A DNA stretch of 64,000 nt from Planctomycetaceae bacterium (GTDB lineage Bacteria; Planctomycetota; PLA2). The notes below the pieces were generated by a model. That model saw only the letters and a list, made by a program, of their open reading frames with translations, was not told the origin of the DNA and did not search any database. Of this stretch, positions 41,291 to 50,881 are shown piece by piece. The position numbers and the translations under genes were made by a program. The stretch's first letter is position 1. Every line of letters starts with the position of its first letter. The stretch spans positions 92,080 to 156,079 of the forward strand of contig JBQTIG010000011.1 of NCBI GenBank assembly GCA_052388375.1, given 5' to 3'.

Positions 41291-42204
41291 TCGTCGAGGT
41301 AGCGCGCTTCCTCTTCGCGGGTCGTCACCATCGTGCCGGTTCCCTCGTGGGTGAAGAGCTCCACGAGGATGCTGTGCGGGGCCTTGCCGTCCAGGATGTG
41401 CGCGCGGCGGACCCCGGCCCGCACCGCATAGAGCACGGTCTCGATCTTGGGCACCATGCCGCCGCGGATGACCCCGGAACCGAGGAGCTCCTCGCAGCGC
41501 GCCGCGGAGAGGTGGGAGATCAGGGAGGCGGGGTCCTTGGGGTCGGCCAGAACGCCGGGCGCGCTGGTGAGGAGGATGAGCTTGTCGGCTTTCAGGTCGA
41601 CCGCTATGCGCGCCGCGACGGTGTCGGCGTTGATGTTGAAGACGCGCCCCTGGCTGTCGCCGCCGAGGGAGGAGACGACGGGCACGTAGTCCTCCTCCGC
41701 GAGCTTGCGAAGCAGGCGCGTATCGACGCGTTCGATGTCGCCGACGTGGCCGAAGTCGATGGTCCGCGTCACCCCGGTGTCGGGATCGGAGATCTCGGTG
41801 GCGGGGCGCCGCACCGCGCTCACGATGCCCCCATCCACGCCGCTCAGGCCGACCGATTGCAGGCCGTGGCGCCGGAGCGCGCTCAGAATGTCGATGTTGA
41901 TCTGCCCGGCGAACACCATCTTGGCCACCTCCAGGGTGGCGTCGTCGGTGACCCGCCGTCCCTGGACGATTTCCGGCTCCACCCCGAGCTTGCGGGAGAG
42001 TTCGGTCGCCTGGGGCCCCCCCCCGTGGACAAGCACCATGCGCACGCCGATGGCGTGGCAGAGCGAGAGGTCGCCGGCGAGGAGATCGAGGGCCGCGCGG
42101 TCGCGGGCGATCTCCCCGCCGCACTTCACGACGAAGAAGGCGCCCCGGTGGCGCCGCATGTAGGGCAAGGCTTCGAGCAAGGTGGAGACGTTGGTTCCGT
42201 TCAT
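41287..42204 (-). CDS. argB: Acetylglutamate kinase
   Basis: 305 aa; VVKCGG, VHGGGPQ amino-acid kinase motifs. Confidence 0.9.
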   Translation of the reverse strand: MNGTNVSTLLEALPYMRRHRGAFFVVKCGGEIARDRAALDLLAGDLSLCHAIGVRMVLVHGGGPQATELSRKLGVEPEIVQGRRVTDDATLEVAKMVFAGQINIDILSALRRHGLQSVGLSGVDGGIVSAVRRPATEISDPDTGVTRTIDFGHVGDIERVDTRLLRKLAEEDYVPVVSSLGGDSQGRVFNINADTVAARIAVDLKADKLILLTSAPGVLADPKDPASLISHLSAARCEELLGSGVIRGGMVPKIETVLYAVRAGVRRAHILDGKAPHSILVELFTHEGTGTMVTTREEEARYLDE

Positions 42205-43208
42205 GCGTCCTTCAGGAGTTCGTGCAGGGCGGCCGCCTGGACCAGCACCCGGGAACGGGACTGCTCGGCGACCCAGGAATGGGGCCCGTCGATGACCTCG
42301 TCCGCCACGACCACGTTGCGGCGCACCGGCAGGCAGTGCATGAAGGCGCCCGGATCGCCGAGCGCCTGCCGCCGCCGATCCACGATCCAGCTCCGGAGGG
42401 GGGCGCGCAGCGCCGCGTCCCCCTCGGGATTCGCATAGGCGGAGAGCGCGCCCCACGCCTTGGCGTAGACGACCCGCGCGCCGGAGAGCCCCTCGTCCAT
42501 GTCGCCATGGAGCGTGAGGCGGCCGCCCGCGGACTCCCGCGCGTGCTCCATCACCTCCGCGTCCAACTCGAATCCGGGAGGATGCACGAGGCGGACGCGG
42601 TAGCCCGCGCGGCAGAAAGCGAGAAGCGCCGAATTGGGCACCGCGGTCGGAAGCGCCCGCGGATGCCAGGCCCAGGTGATCGCGATGGCATGCTCCGCGG
42701 GATCCCCTTCCAGGTGGTTGCGCAGCACGAGCAGGTCGGCGAGGGACTGCATCGGGTGAAACAGCACCGACTCGAGGTTGATCACCGGGACCTCCGAGCA
42801 GCGCGCGACGGCTTGGAGCACCGGATCCTGGCGCTGCTCCTCCCAGGGGCGCGCAAGGTCGGCGAAGCAGCGCACGCCGATGCAGTCCACCACGCCGCTC
42901 AGGAACTTCCCCACGGCGTCGCGCACATGCTCGGCCTTGTCGCCGTCCATGACCGCCCCGTCCCGCGTCTCCAGCGCCCAGACGCTCCTCCCGACGTCGT
43001 GGCAGCTGCAGAGCGCGCCCAGGGAGTAGCAGGCGACCTCCAGGGCGGTGCGCGTGCGCAGGGAGGGGTTGAAGAAGAGACCGCAGACCACCCGACCGAC
43101 GAGCGCGGGCGGGATCTCCGACTCGCGGAAACGGTCGGCAAGATCGAGGAGCGTGGTGACCTCCCCGTCCGACAGGTCCTCGAGGCTCAGGATCGAGCGG
43201 CCCCTCAC
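42201..43208 (-). CDS. argF: Ornithine (or N-acyl-ornithine) carbamoyltransferase
   Basis: SLRTR carbamoyl-phosphate motif, HCLP motif; GTG start giving 4-nt overlap with argD. Confidence 0.78.
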   Translation of the reverse strand: MRGRSILSLEDLSDGEVTTLLDLADRFRESEIPPALVGRVVCGLFFNPSLRTRTALEVACYSLGALCSCHDVGRSVWALETRDGAVMDGDKAEHVRDAVGKFLSGVVDCIGVRCFADLARPWEEQRQDPVLQAVARCSEVPVINLESVLFHPMQSLADLLVLRNHLEGDPAEHAIAITWAWHPRALPTAVPNSALLAFCRAGYRVRLVHPPGFELDAEVMEHARESAGGRLTLHGDMDEGLSGARVVYAKAWGALSAYANPEGDAALRAPLRSWIVDRRRQALGDPGAFMHCLPVRRNVVVADEVIDGPHSWVAEQSRSRVLVQAAALHELLKDA

Positions 43209-44383
43209 GCGAGCACGCTCCGCAGGGCATCGAGCGCCTCGTCGACTTCGCCTGGCGTCATCGTGAGCGGCGGAAAGATGCGGATCACCCGGGGGTCGCC
43301 TGGGCACTCGCCCACGAGGACCCGTCGTTCGGTGCGCAGGGCCGCCCGGGCGCGCGCGGCGTCGCCGCGCAGCCGCAACCCGAGCAGCGCTCCGTGACCC
43401 CGCACCTCCTCCAGGGCGCGCAGCCCGGCGAGCCCCCGCCGGAACGCTTCCTCCATCGCCAACGCACGAGACGGTCCGTCGATCTCCTCGAGGAGGGCGA
43501 GCGTGGCGTCGATGGCCGCGCAGGCGAGCGGGCCGCCGCCGAAGGTCGTTCCGAGGTCCCCGGGCTTCGTCGCGGCGGCGATCTCCCCGCGCGCGAGGAG
43601 CACCGAGGCGGGGAACCCGCCCGCCACCGCCTTGGCCATCGTGATGAGATCGGGGGCGATGCCCCAGCGCTCCCCGGCGAACCAGAAGCCCGTGCGGGCG
43701 GGCGCCGTCTGGATCTCGTCGAAGACGAGGAGCGCGCCGGTGGCGTCGCAGCGGCGACGCAGGGCCACGGCGAACGCCGGATCGAGGACACGCACTCCGC
43801 CCATGGACTGGATGGGCTCCACGAGGACGGCGGCGCAGCCGGTGTCGATGAGGCCCTCGAGCCCTGCGATGTCGTTGAACTCCCCGAACACGAACGCGCC
43901 CGCCGGGTCGAGGAGCGGCGCGGCGGCGTCGCGGTAGTGGCCGAGGGCGGTCGCCCCCAGGGCGCCGAGCGTGCGGCCGTGGAACCCGCCCTGGAACGCG
44001 GCGACGCGGATGCGCCCGGTGGCCTGGCGCGCCATGCGGAGAGCCGCTTCGTTCGCCTCCGCCCCCGAATTGACGAAGAAGGCGCGCGCGTCGGGCCAGG
44101 GGGCGAGGCGGCAGAGCCGTTCCGCGGCGCGCGCGCGCACCGGGAGGTGGACGAGGCTGGAGTAGAAGAGGAGATCCCGCGCCTGGTTGGCGATGGCGTC
44201 GACGACGCGCGCGGGGCTGTGGCCCAGGAGGCAGACCGCGTGGCCCCCGTAGAGATCGAGGTAGGCGGTGCCGTCCAGGTCATGGACGCGCGACCCCTCG
44301 CCGCGCGCCAGGACCAGGTCGGCGCGGGTGTAGGCGTTCGCCTCGCAGCGCGCCTGCGCCTCGATGATGGCGGCCCGGTTCAC
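43205..44383 (-). CDS. argD: Acetylornithine aminotransferase
   Basis: 392 aa class III PLP aminotransferase (LVFDEIQT, PLP Lys in MAKAVAGG). Confidence 0.85.
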   Translation of the reverse strand: MNRAAIIEAQARCEANAYTRADLVLARGEGSRVHDLDGTAYLDLYGGHAVCLLGHSPARVVDAIANQARDLLFYSSLVHLPVRARAAERLCRLAPWPDARAFFVNSGAEANEAALRMARQATGRIRVAAFQGGFHGRTLGALGATALGHYRDAAAPLLDPAGAFVFGEFNDIAGLEGLIDTGCAAVLVEPIQSMGGVRVLDPAFAVALRRRCDATGALLVFDEIQTAPARTGFWFAGERWGIAPDLITMAKAVAGGFPASVLLARGEIAAATKPGDLGTTFGGGPLACAAIDATLALLEEIDGPSRALAMEEAFRRGLAGLRALEEVRGHGALLGLRLRGDAARARAALRTERRVLVGECPGDPRVIRIFPPLTMTPGEVDEALDALRSVLA

Positions 44384-45411
44384 GGGTTGGCCCCAGGGAC
44401 GAGGAGGCCCGCCGTCTCCTCCATCCCGAAGAGCAGGTTGAGGTTTTGGAGCGCCTGCCCGCTCATCCCCTTCGTGAGGTTGTCGATCGCCGTGAGCACC
44501 ACCACGCGGCGGCCGCGCTGGGTGACGCTCAGGTCGCAGAAATTGGTGCGGACGACATGGCGCAGGGCCGGCGACTCCGTGCGGAGGCGCACGAACGGCT
44601 CACGGGCGTAGCGCGTCCCGTAGAGCGCGGCGGCGTCGACATCACGGTCGAGGCGCACGTGGGCGACGGTGAAGATGCCGCGGCTGAAGGCGCCCGACTG
44701 GGGCACCATGCCGAGGTCGAAGCCGGCGCCGCCGAGCCGCTTCAGCTCCTGCGCCACCTCGGGCTCGTGCTGGTGCGCCAGCACCTTGTAGGCGCGCTGG
44801 TCCTGCGCGCGTTCCGGGTGGTGCGTTCCCTCCTTCGGCTCCGCGCCGGAGCCGGAGGAGCCGGTGGTCTGCGCCAAGGTCACGTCGCCCGAGAGCAGCC
44901 CCGCTTCCGCCAAGGGCGCCAGCGCGAGGAGGGCGCCGGTGGCGAAGCAGCCTGGATTGGAGACGAAACGGCTGCGCGCGACGGCGGCGCGGTTGGTCTC
45001 CGGGAGTCCATAGGCGAAGAGGCTGCGATCTTCGAGAAAGGGGATCTCCTTGCCGTACGCCGCCTCGTGGGCCGCGCGGTCCTTCAACCGGAAGTCGCCG
45101 CTCAGGTCGACGACCCGCGCCTCGGGGAGCGCCGCCGTGACCTGCCGCCAGAGCGTGTGGGAGACCCCGTGCGGGGTGGCGAGGACAACCGCCCGGCAGG
45201 TGCGGGGAAGTTCGTCCGGCGCGCGGAAGAGCAGCTCGGGGTAGCAGCCGGCGAGCTGCGGCATCGCCTCCTCGACGCGGCGGCCCGCAAGGCGCTCGCT
45301 GCAGGCGGCGGCGACGCGAAACCCCGGATGGCTCGCGAGCAGGCGCAGGAGTTCCTGCCCTCCATAGCCGGTCGCGCCCAGGATCGCGAGATCGACGCGG
45401 GTTGCGGTCAC
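44380..45411 (-). CDS. argC: N-acetyl-gamma-glutamyl-phosphate reductase
   Basis: 343 aa from GTG; ILGATGYGG Rossmann; catalytic Cys in SNPGCFATG. Confidence 0.85.
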   Translation of the reverse strand: MTATRVDLAILGATGYGGQELLRLLASHPGFRVAAACSERLAGRRVEEAMPQLAGCYPELLFRAPDELPRTCRAVVLATPHGVSHTLWRQVTAALPEARVVDLSGDFRLKDRAAHEAAYGKEIPFLEDRSLFAYGLPETNRAAVARSRFVSNPGCFATGALLALAPLAEAGLLSGDVTLAQTTGSSGSGAEPKEGTHHPERAQDQRAYKVLAHQHEPEVAQELKRLGGAGFDLGMVPQSGAFSRGIFTVAHVRLDRDVDAAALYGTRYAREPFVRLRTESPALRHVVRTNFCDLSVTQRGRRVVVLTAIDNLTKGMSGQALQNLNLLFGMEETAGLLVPGANP

Positions 45412-46436
45412 GGAGCGAACGCCTCCGCCTCCACCAGGTCGGCCAGCCGCACCCCGTCGGTGCGGGCGTTGGCGGCGGGCACGCCCAACTGCTCGCTGAC
45501 GTAGCGCGTGCCGACCTCGTTGTCGGTGGCGGGCCCCGCCATCACGCCCAGCTTCAGCCCCAGCTCCTTCTCCAGGATCTGCTTGGCGCCCCAGGCCGCC
45601 ACCAAGTCGTTGGCGCAGAGGACGTGGCAGCGCGCGGCGGCGCGGATCTCCGGGTCCTCCAGGAGGGTGCGCACGCCGTAGTTGCCGATGATCCCGTCCC
45701 CGGTCTCTGCGACGACGACGTCCGGCTCGGCCGGGGCGAGCGCATTCAGGACCCCCTTGGCGATGGAGGGCAGGTTCTCCACGTCGCTCGTGCTCGGCAG
45801 GCCGCAGTCGAGGAACGAGAGCCCCTGCACGGCGCCGTGGTCCATCATGTTGAGCGTGTCGCGGAGCGCGGCGACGCCGGTCAGCTTCGCAGCGCCGACC
45901 CGGTAGCCGCGCTGGGTGAGATGGAAGATGATCTCCACCGCCGCTCGCGTCTTCCCGCTGTTCATGCAGGAGCCGGAGACGACGATGAGCGGGCAGGGCA
46001 GCGCGAGGGTGTCGGAGGGCGGGAGCGCCCCGTCGCGGATGTTCACCGGCTTGCCGTCCGGGCGGACGGCCATGCCGATCACCTCCACCTGGAGCGGGTG
46101 GCCCACCTCGCTCGTCGCGGAGGTGCATTCGCCCAGCACGCCGCCTAGGTTGAGCACGTGGATCTTGTCCCCGGCGCGCAGCGTCTGCGGCACCCGACCG
46201 ACGAAGCCCCGCAGCGCCGCCCGGGACCCGAGGGCGCCGGCGATCACGTCCCCCTTGGAGATGTGGGCCATGCGCCCCGTGGTGAGCTCCAGGACGTCAT
46301 AGACCTTTTTTTCCTCGAGGGCGCGCACCACGAGCACGTTCCCCACGCGCGCCTCGAGGATGCGGGAGACCTCGATCTCCTGCCCCAGGGCGAGACGGCT
46401 GGTGACCGATCCGAGCTTGTGGACGAAGACCTTCAC
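45408..46436 (-). CDS. DUF1611-like P-loop-containing protein (DgcN-like?) embedded in arg operon
   Basis: 342 aa; Walker-A-like GSCMNSGKT in Rossmann-like C-terminal domain, N-terminal beta-rich domain; 4-nt overlaps with argG and argC; family assignment from memory, not verified. Confidence 0.5.
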   Translation of the reverse strand: MKVFVHKLGSVTSRLALGQEIEVSRILEARVGNVLVVRALEEKKVYDVLELTTGRMAHISKGDVIAGALGSRAALRGFVGRVPQTLRAGDKIHVLNLGGVLGECTSATSEVGHPLQVEVIGMAVRPDGKPVNIRDGALPPSDTLALPCPLIVVSGSCMNSGKTRAAVEIIFHLTQRGYRVGAAKLTGVAALRDTLNMMDHGAVQGLSFLDCGLPSTSDVENLPSIAKGVLNALAPAEPDVVVAETGDGIIGNYGVRTLLEDPEIRAAARCHVLCANDLVAAWGAKQILEKELGLKLGVMAGPATDNEVGTRYVSEQLGVPAANARTDGVRLADLVEAEAFAP

Positions 46437-47623
46437 GCGGGATTCTCCTCCGCCGCGAGACGCGACGGGACACCGAGGATCTTGCAGAATCCGGCGGCGT
46501 CGCGCCCGTCCCAGAGCGCGGAGCCTTCGCCGTAGCGGGCGCCGGGCCGCACCAGGGCGTGGGGGGACCGGACGCCGGTGACCTCTGCGCGGCCCCGGCG
46601 CAACCGGACGCGCACGTCGCCGGAGACCCGCGCCTGGGACGAGAGGAGCAGCGCCTCGAGGTCCCGGCAGACCGGGTCGAAGTAGTGCCCCTCGTGGAGG
46701 TAGTCGCCGAAGAGCGCCCCGGCGCTGTTCTTGAGCTCGGCCTGGCGTTTCGTGAGGACCAGCTTCTCCAGCTCGCGGTGGGCGGCGATGAGGAGGGTGG
46801 CCGCGGGGGCGACGAATCCGACGCGCCCCTTGATGCCCAGGATCGTGTCGCCCAGGTGGACCCCGCGGCCGATGCCCAGGGGCCGTGCGCGGCGGTCCAA
46901 CTCCGCCAGGAGTTCGAGGGGGGGGCGGGGGGAGCCGTCCAGCGCGACCGGCAGTCCCTTGGCGAACCCGAGGACGAGTTCCGTCTCGCGGGCGTCCGGA
47001 GCAAGGCGCGAGCCCGCCGCTTCGTAGGCCTCCTCCGGAATCTCCATCCAGGGATCGTGGGTGTCGCCGCCCCCCACGGTGGTGCCGACGAGCCCATGGT
47101 TGACGGAGTAGCGCGTCGTCTTGGGCGGCACGTCGACTCCCGCGGCGCGCAGCGCCGCGGTGGAGGCTTCCCGCGAGACCTGTTTCTCGCGGATGGGGGC
47201 GAGGATGGTCAGGTGCGGGGCGAGGGTCGCGATGGCGACATCGAAGCGGACCTGGTCGTTGCCCGCTCCGGTGCAGCCGTGGGCGACCGCCGCCGCATCG
47301 AGGCGGCGCGCGGCGCGCACCAGCTCCTCCGCTTGGACCACCCGCTCGGCTCCCACCGCCACTGGGTAGACCCCCCCGCGCAGCGCGTTGCCGCGCAGGA
47401 GGTAGGCGAAGAATCGCTCGTAGACGGCGAGGCGGCCGTCCACGTTGAGGTGCTCGCGGGCCCCCAGCTTGCGCGCGCGGTCGGCGATGGCCCGCAACTC
47501 CTCGGGGCCGAAGCCCCCCGCGTCGACGGTTACGGTGACGACGTCATAGCCTTCGCGCCGGAGCGCGAGGAGGCAATAGGAGGTATCCAGACCCCCGGAG
47601 AAGGCGAGCGTGGCGAGGGGCAT
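46433..47623 (-). CDS. argG: Argininosuccinate synthase
   Basis: 396 aa from MPLATLAFSGGLDTS (PP-loop); first gene of operon. Confidence 0.85.
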   Translation of the reverse strand: MPLATLAFSGGLDTSYCLLALRREGYDVVTVTVDAGGFGPEELRAIADRARKLGAREHLNVDGRLAVYERFFAYLLRGNALRGGVYPVAVGAERVVQAEELVRAARRLDAAAVAHGCTGAGNDQVRFDVAIATLAPHLTILAPIREKQVSREASTAALRAAGVDVPPKTTRYSVNHGLVGTTVGGGDTHDPWMEIPEEAYEAAGSRLAPDARETELVLGFAKGLPVALDGSPRPPLELLAELDRRARPLGIGRGVHLGDTILGIKGRVGFVAPAATLLIAAHRELEKLVLTKRQAELKNSAGALFGDYLHEGHYFDPVCRDLEALLLSSQARVSGDVRVRLRRGRAEVTGVRSPHALVRPGARYGEGSALWDGRDAAGFCKILGVPSRLAAEENPA

Positions 47624-47888
47624 TGCGGTCGGCCTCGGGCATGGGAAACGGACAACCTTAGCACCCAGGCCCACCCCCCGCTAGGGTTTGCGGAACGACC
47701 GGGCGCGCGCTGGCGGAGGCGCTCCGTTTCGCCAGCCGGCGAGCCCTCCCGCGGAGGTCTCGCCGGGGCTGGTCGCGCGCCCCACACGAGGCTGCGGCCG
47801 GCGCGCCGGCCTTGGGATCGGGGGTCCCCCGCTCCCCTCGCCCATTTCCTTGGTTGCTCGCCGCGCGAGCCGATATAGCCTCTTGACC

Positions 47889-48644
47889 GTGATCGTCGCC
47901 GAGGGACTCACCAAGGTCTTCCACGACCCCAAGCGCGGCGGGGAGTTCCGTGCCGTGGACGGCGTGAGCTTCCGCTGCGAGCCGGGGCGCATCTTCGGGC
48001 TCCTGGGCCCCAACGGAGCCGGCAAGACGACCACGCTGCGCATTCTCTCCACGACGCTGCAGCCCACGGCGGGCCGCGCCGTCGTGGCCGGCCACGACGT
48101 CGTGCGCGAGCCTTCGGAGGCGCGGCGCAAGCTCGGGTTCTGCACCGGCACCACCGGCGTCTACGAGCGGCTGACCCCGCGCGAGATGACCGGCTACTTC
48201 GGCCGCCTCTACGGCATGGCGGAGGAGGCGGTCGAGGCGCGCACGGAGGAGCTCTTCGATCTCCTGGACATGCGCTCCTTCGGCGACACGCCCTGCGGCC
48301 GGCTCTCCGCCGGCATGCGCCAGAAGGTCTCGCTGGCGCGCACCATCGTCCACGATCCCCCGGTGCTCATCTTCGACGAGCCGACCACGAGCCTCGACGT
48401 TCTCGTGGCGCGCACGGTCACGGAGTTCATCGGCTCCTGCAAGGCGCGCGGGAGAACCGTCATCCTCTCCACGCACATCATGGCGGAGGCGGAGAAGCTC
48501 TGCGACGACCTCGCGATCCTCTATCGAGGCAGGATCCTGGAGCAGGGGACCGTAGGCGTGATGAAGGCGCGCGCCGGGCGCGACACCATCGAGGATCTTT
48601 TCTTCACCCTGGTGGATCGATGCGACGCAGCACCCTCGGCCTGA
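47889..48644 (+). CDS. ABC transporter ATP-binding protein (NatA-like)
   Basis: GLLGPNGAGKTT, LSAGMRQKV, LIFDEPTTSLD; GTG start (or TTG 6 nt upstream). Confidence 0.8.
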   Translation: MIVAEGLTKVFHDPKRGGEFRAVDGVSFRCEPGRIFGLLGPNGAGKTTTLRILSTTLQPTAGRAVVAGHDVVREPSEARRKLGFCTGTTGVYERLTPREMTGYFGRLYGMAEEAVEARTEELFDLLDMRSFGDTPCGRLSAGMRQKVSLARTIVHDPPVLIFDEPTTSLDVLVARTVTEFIGSCKARGRTVILSTHIMAEAEKLCDDLAILYRGRILEQGTVGVMKARAGRDTIEDLFFTLVDRCDAAPSA

Positions 48645-50695
48645 TCGCGCGGAAGGAGCTCCTCGACACGCTGCGGGACCGGCGCACGCTCTTCATCGCC
48701 TTCCTCCTGCCGCTCCTGCTCTACCCGGCGCTCCTCCTCGGGATGACCCAGGTGATCGGCGCCACCCAGCGCAACCTGGACGCGGAGCGGCAGACGATCC
48801 TGGTGGACGGGATCGAGGCCAGGGACGCCCTCGTGGCGCGCCTGCGCACGCGGAACCTCGAGCCGCGGACGGAGGAGGCCGCGCCGCTGGGCGCGCGGTT
48901 GCGCGCGCTGGCGGAGGCCGCGGAGGGGGACGAGGAGGCGCGCGAGGAGCTGCGCCGGGCGCTCAAGGAGAGCGGCCTGGCCGGCGCGATCCTCTTCGAC
49001 GAGGGCTTCGCCGAACAGGTCGCCGCGGACCGCCGCGCCGCCGCGCGGCTCCTCTTCGATCCCACCGACGAGCCGAGCAAGTTCGCGCGGATGAAGGCGA
49101 GGGCGGTGCTGGAGGAATTCGGCAAGGAGCGGAGGGAGGCGTTCCTCGAGAGCCATCCCGGCGACGAGGTGCGCCTGCGGTTCATGGAGCGGCCGCTGGA
49201 GGTGCGCGAGCTGGAGGTGGCCAGCCGCGGACAGAAGGGCGCCTACTCCTTCGCCCCCATGCTCGGCATGCTCATCGTCCTCATGGCGCTCACCGGCGCG
49301 TTCTATCCCGCCGTCGATCTGGTGGCGGGAGAGAAGGAGCGCGGCACCATGGAGACGCTCCTCGTCACGCCGCTCACGCGCGGGGAGATCGTGGTGGGGA
49401 AGTTCCTCGCGATCTGGCTCTTGGCGGTGGTCACCGCGCTGCTCAATCTTCTGGTGATGGGCCTCACCTTCTCCAAGCTCGCGGGGATGGCGGGGGCCGG
49501 CACGATCGCCTTCTCCTTGCCCGCGGGCGCCTTGCTCGCTGTGACGGCCATCCTGATCCCGACGGCGGCGCTCTTCAGCGCCGTGGCCCTGGCCCTCTCC
49601 TCGTTCGCCACCTCCTACAAGGAGGGGCAGCACTACCTCTCGCCCCTCTTCCTCGTGGCGTCGCCCCTCGCGATGGTGGGGCTCCTGCCCGGGGTCGAGA
49701 TCGGCTACGGCCTCGCGCTGGTGCCCGTGGCCAACGTGGTGCTCCTCGTGAAGGCGATGCTCCTGGGGGGCGCCGGGGGGGCGGCGGGGCCGGCGCTGCT
49801 CGCCACCGCCGTGACGGCGCTCTTCGCCGCCGGGGCGCTCGTCGTGGCGGTGGGGCTCTTCCGGAGGGAGAGCGTGCTCTTCCGGGTGGGGGGCGGGAAG
49901 AGCTTCGACGCGGCCTCGTTCCGGGCGCGGCGCGCGGGGATTCCGGGAGAGGCGCAGGCGGTGCTTCTCTTCTTCACGGTCCTTGCACTCATGTTCTATC
50001 TCGCCTCCGCGCCCCCGGCCTCCCTGGCCGGCGTCGTGAAGGTCTTCCTCCTCACCCAGCTCGCGGCCGTGCTCGCGCCGACGCTTCTCTTTGCGCGTCA
50101 GTTCAAGGCGAACTTCCGCGAGACCTTCTCCCTCCGCCCCCTCGCACCCCGGAGCGCGCTCCTGATCCCGCTCGCCGCCGCATTCGCCCTTGTGCTGGTG
50201 CTTGCCGCGCAGACGCACCTCATGCCGCAGCGCGAGGCCCAGGGGATCGAGGTGCTGGTGGGTGCGCTGGCCGCGGCGCCGCTCTGGCTCGGCCTCCTGC
50301 TCCTTGCGATCGTTCCGCCCCTTTGCGAGGAGGCGCTCTGCCGGGGGTTCCTCCTCTCGTCGTTCCGGGCACGCTATGGCGATGGTCGGGCCATCCTCAT
50401 CACGGCCTGCCTGTTCGGTGCGCTCCACCTCGACCTCCACCGATTCCCGGCCACGGCGGCGGCCGGACTCCTTCTCGGGGTGCTTTGCGTCCGCACGCGG
50501 TCGATCCTCGCGCCGCTGCTGTTCCATGCGGTCTACAACGGGATCCTCGCCTTGACCCTGTACGCGCCCGCGTTCGCCGGGGTGGTCGAGGCGGCGCTCC
50601 AGCCCGGCGTCGCCGCATTCGCCGCACTCCTGGCAGCCTTCGGCCTGGCCGGCGCCTGTTGGCTCCTCCTGCGCGGAACGCGCCCACCGGTTTGA
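48620..50695 (+). CDS. ABC-2 family permease (NatB-like) fused to C-terminal CPBP intramembrane protease domain
   Basis: 691 aa; N-terminal 450 aa ABC-2 permease with large extracytoplasmic loop; C-terminal EEALCRGF, FGALHL, HAVYNG CPBP motifs. Confidence 0.72.
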   Translation: MRRSTLGLIARKELLDTLRDRRTLFIAFLLPLLLYPALLLGMTQVIGATQRNLDAERQTILVDGIEARDALVARLRTRNLEPRTEEAAPLGARLRALAEAAEGDEEAREELRRALKESGLAGAILFDEGFAEQVAADRRAAARLLFDPTDEPSKFARMKARAVLEEFGKERREAFLESHPGDEVRLRFMERPLEVRELEVASRGQKGAYSFAPMLGMLIVLMALTGAFYPAVDLVAGEKERGTMETLLVTPLTRGEIVVGKFLAIWLLAVVTALLNLLVMGLTFSKLAGMAGAGTIAFSLPAGALLAVTAILIPTAALFSAVALALSSFATSYKEGQHYLSPLFLVASPLAMVGLLPGVEIGYGLALVPVANVVLLVKAMLLGGAGGAAGPALLATAVTALFAAGALVVAVGLFRRESVLFRVGGGKSFDAASFRARRAGIPGEAQAVLLFFTVLALMFYLASAPPASLAGVVKVFLLTQLAAVLAPTLLFARQFKANFRETFSLRPLAPRSALLIPLAAAFALVLVLAAQTHLMPQREAQGIEVLVGALAAAPLWLGLLLLAIVPPLCEEALCRGFLLSSFRARYGDGRAILITACLFGALHLDLHRFPATAAAGLLLGVLCVRTRSILAPLLFHAVYNGILALTLYAPAFAGVVEAALQPGVAAFAALLAAFGLAGACWLLLRGTRPPV

Positions 50696-50733
50696 CCGAC
50701 GCCAGGTTTGTGCGACCATACGCCTCCCGAGAC

Positions 50734-50810
50734 GCGCCCGTAGCTCAACTGGATAGAGCGCCTGGCTACGGACCAGGAGGCTGAGGGTTCAAATCCTTCC
50801 GGGCGTACCA
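50734..50810 (+). tRNA. tRNA-Arg (ACG) with encoded CCA
   Basis: GCGCCCGTAGCTCAACTGGATAGAGCG CCTGG CTACGGA CCAGG...GGTTCAAATCC; antisense ORF 50533..50811 typical of tRNA. Confidence 0.85.
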
Positions 50811-50881
50811 ACCTTTCTCACGCGGTCGCGGCGGGAGCAGTCGCCGCTTGCCGGGCCTGCGTGGCCCGACCGTCCCGCACC

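Noticed and set aside
47624-47888. ARG box (ArgR operator) upstream of argG
   Set aside because: The region is GC-rich, with no AT-rich TNTGAAT-n4-ATTCANA-like 18-bp palindromes visible.
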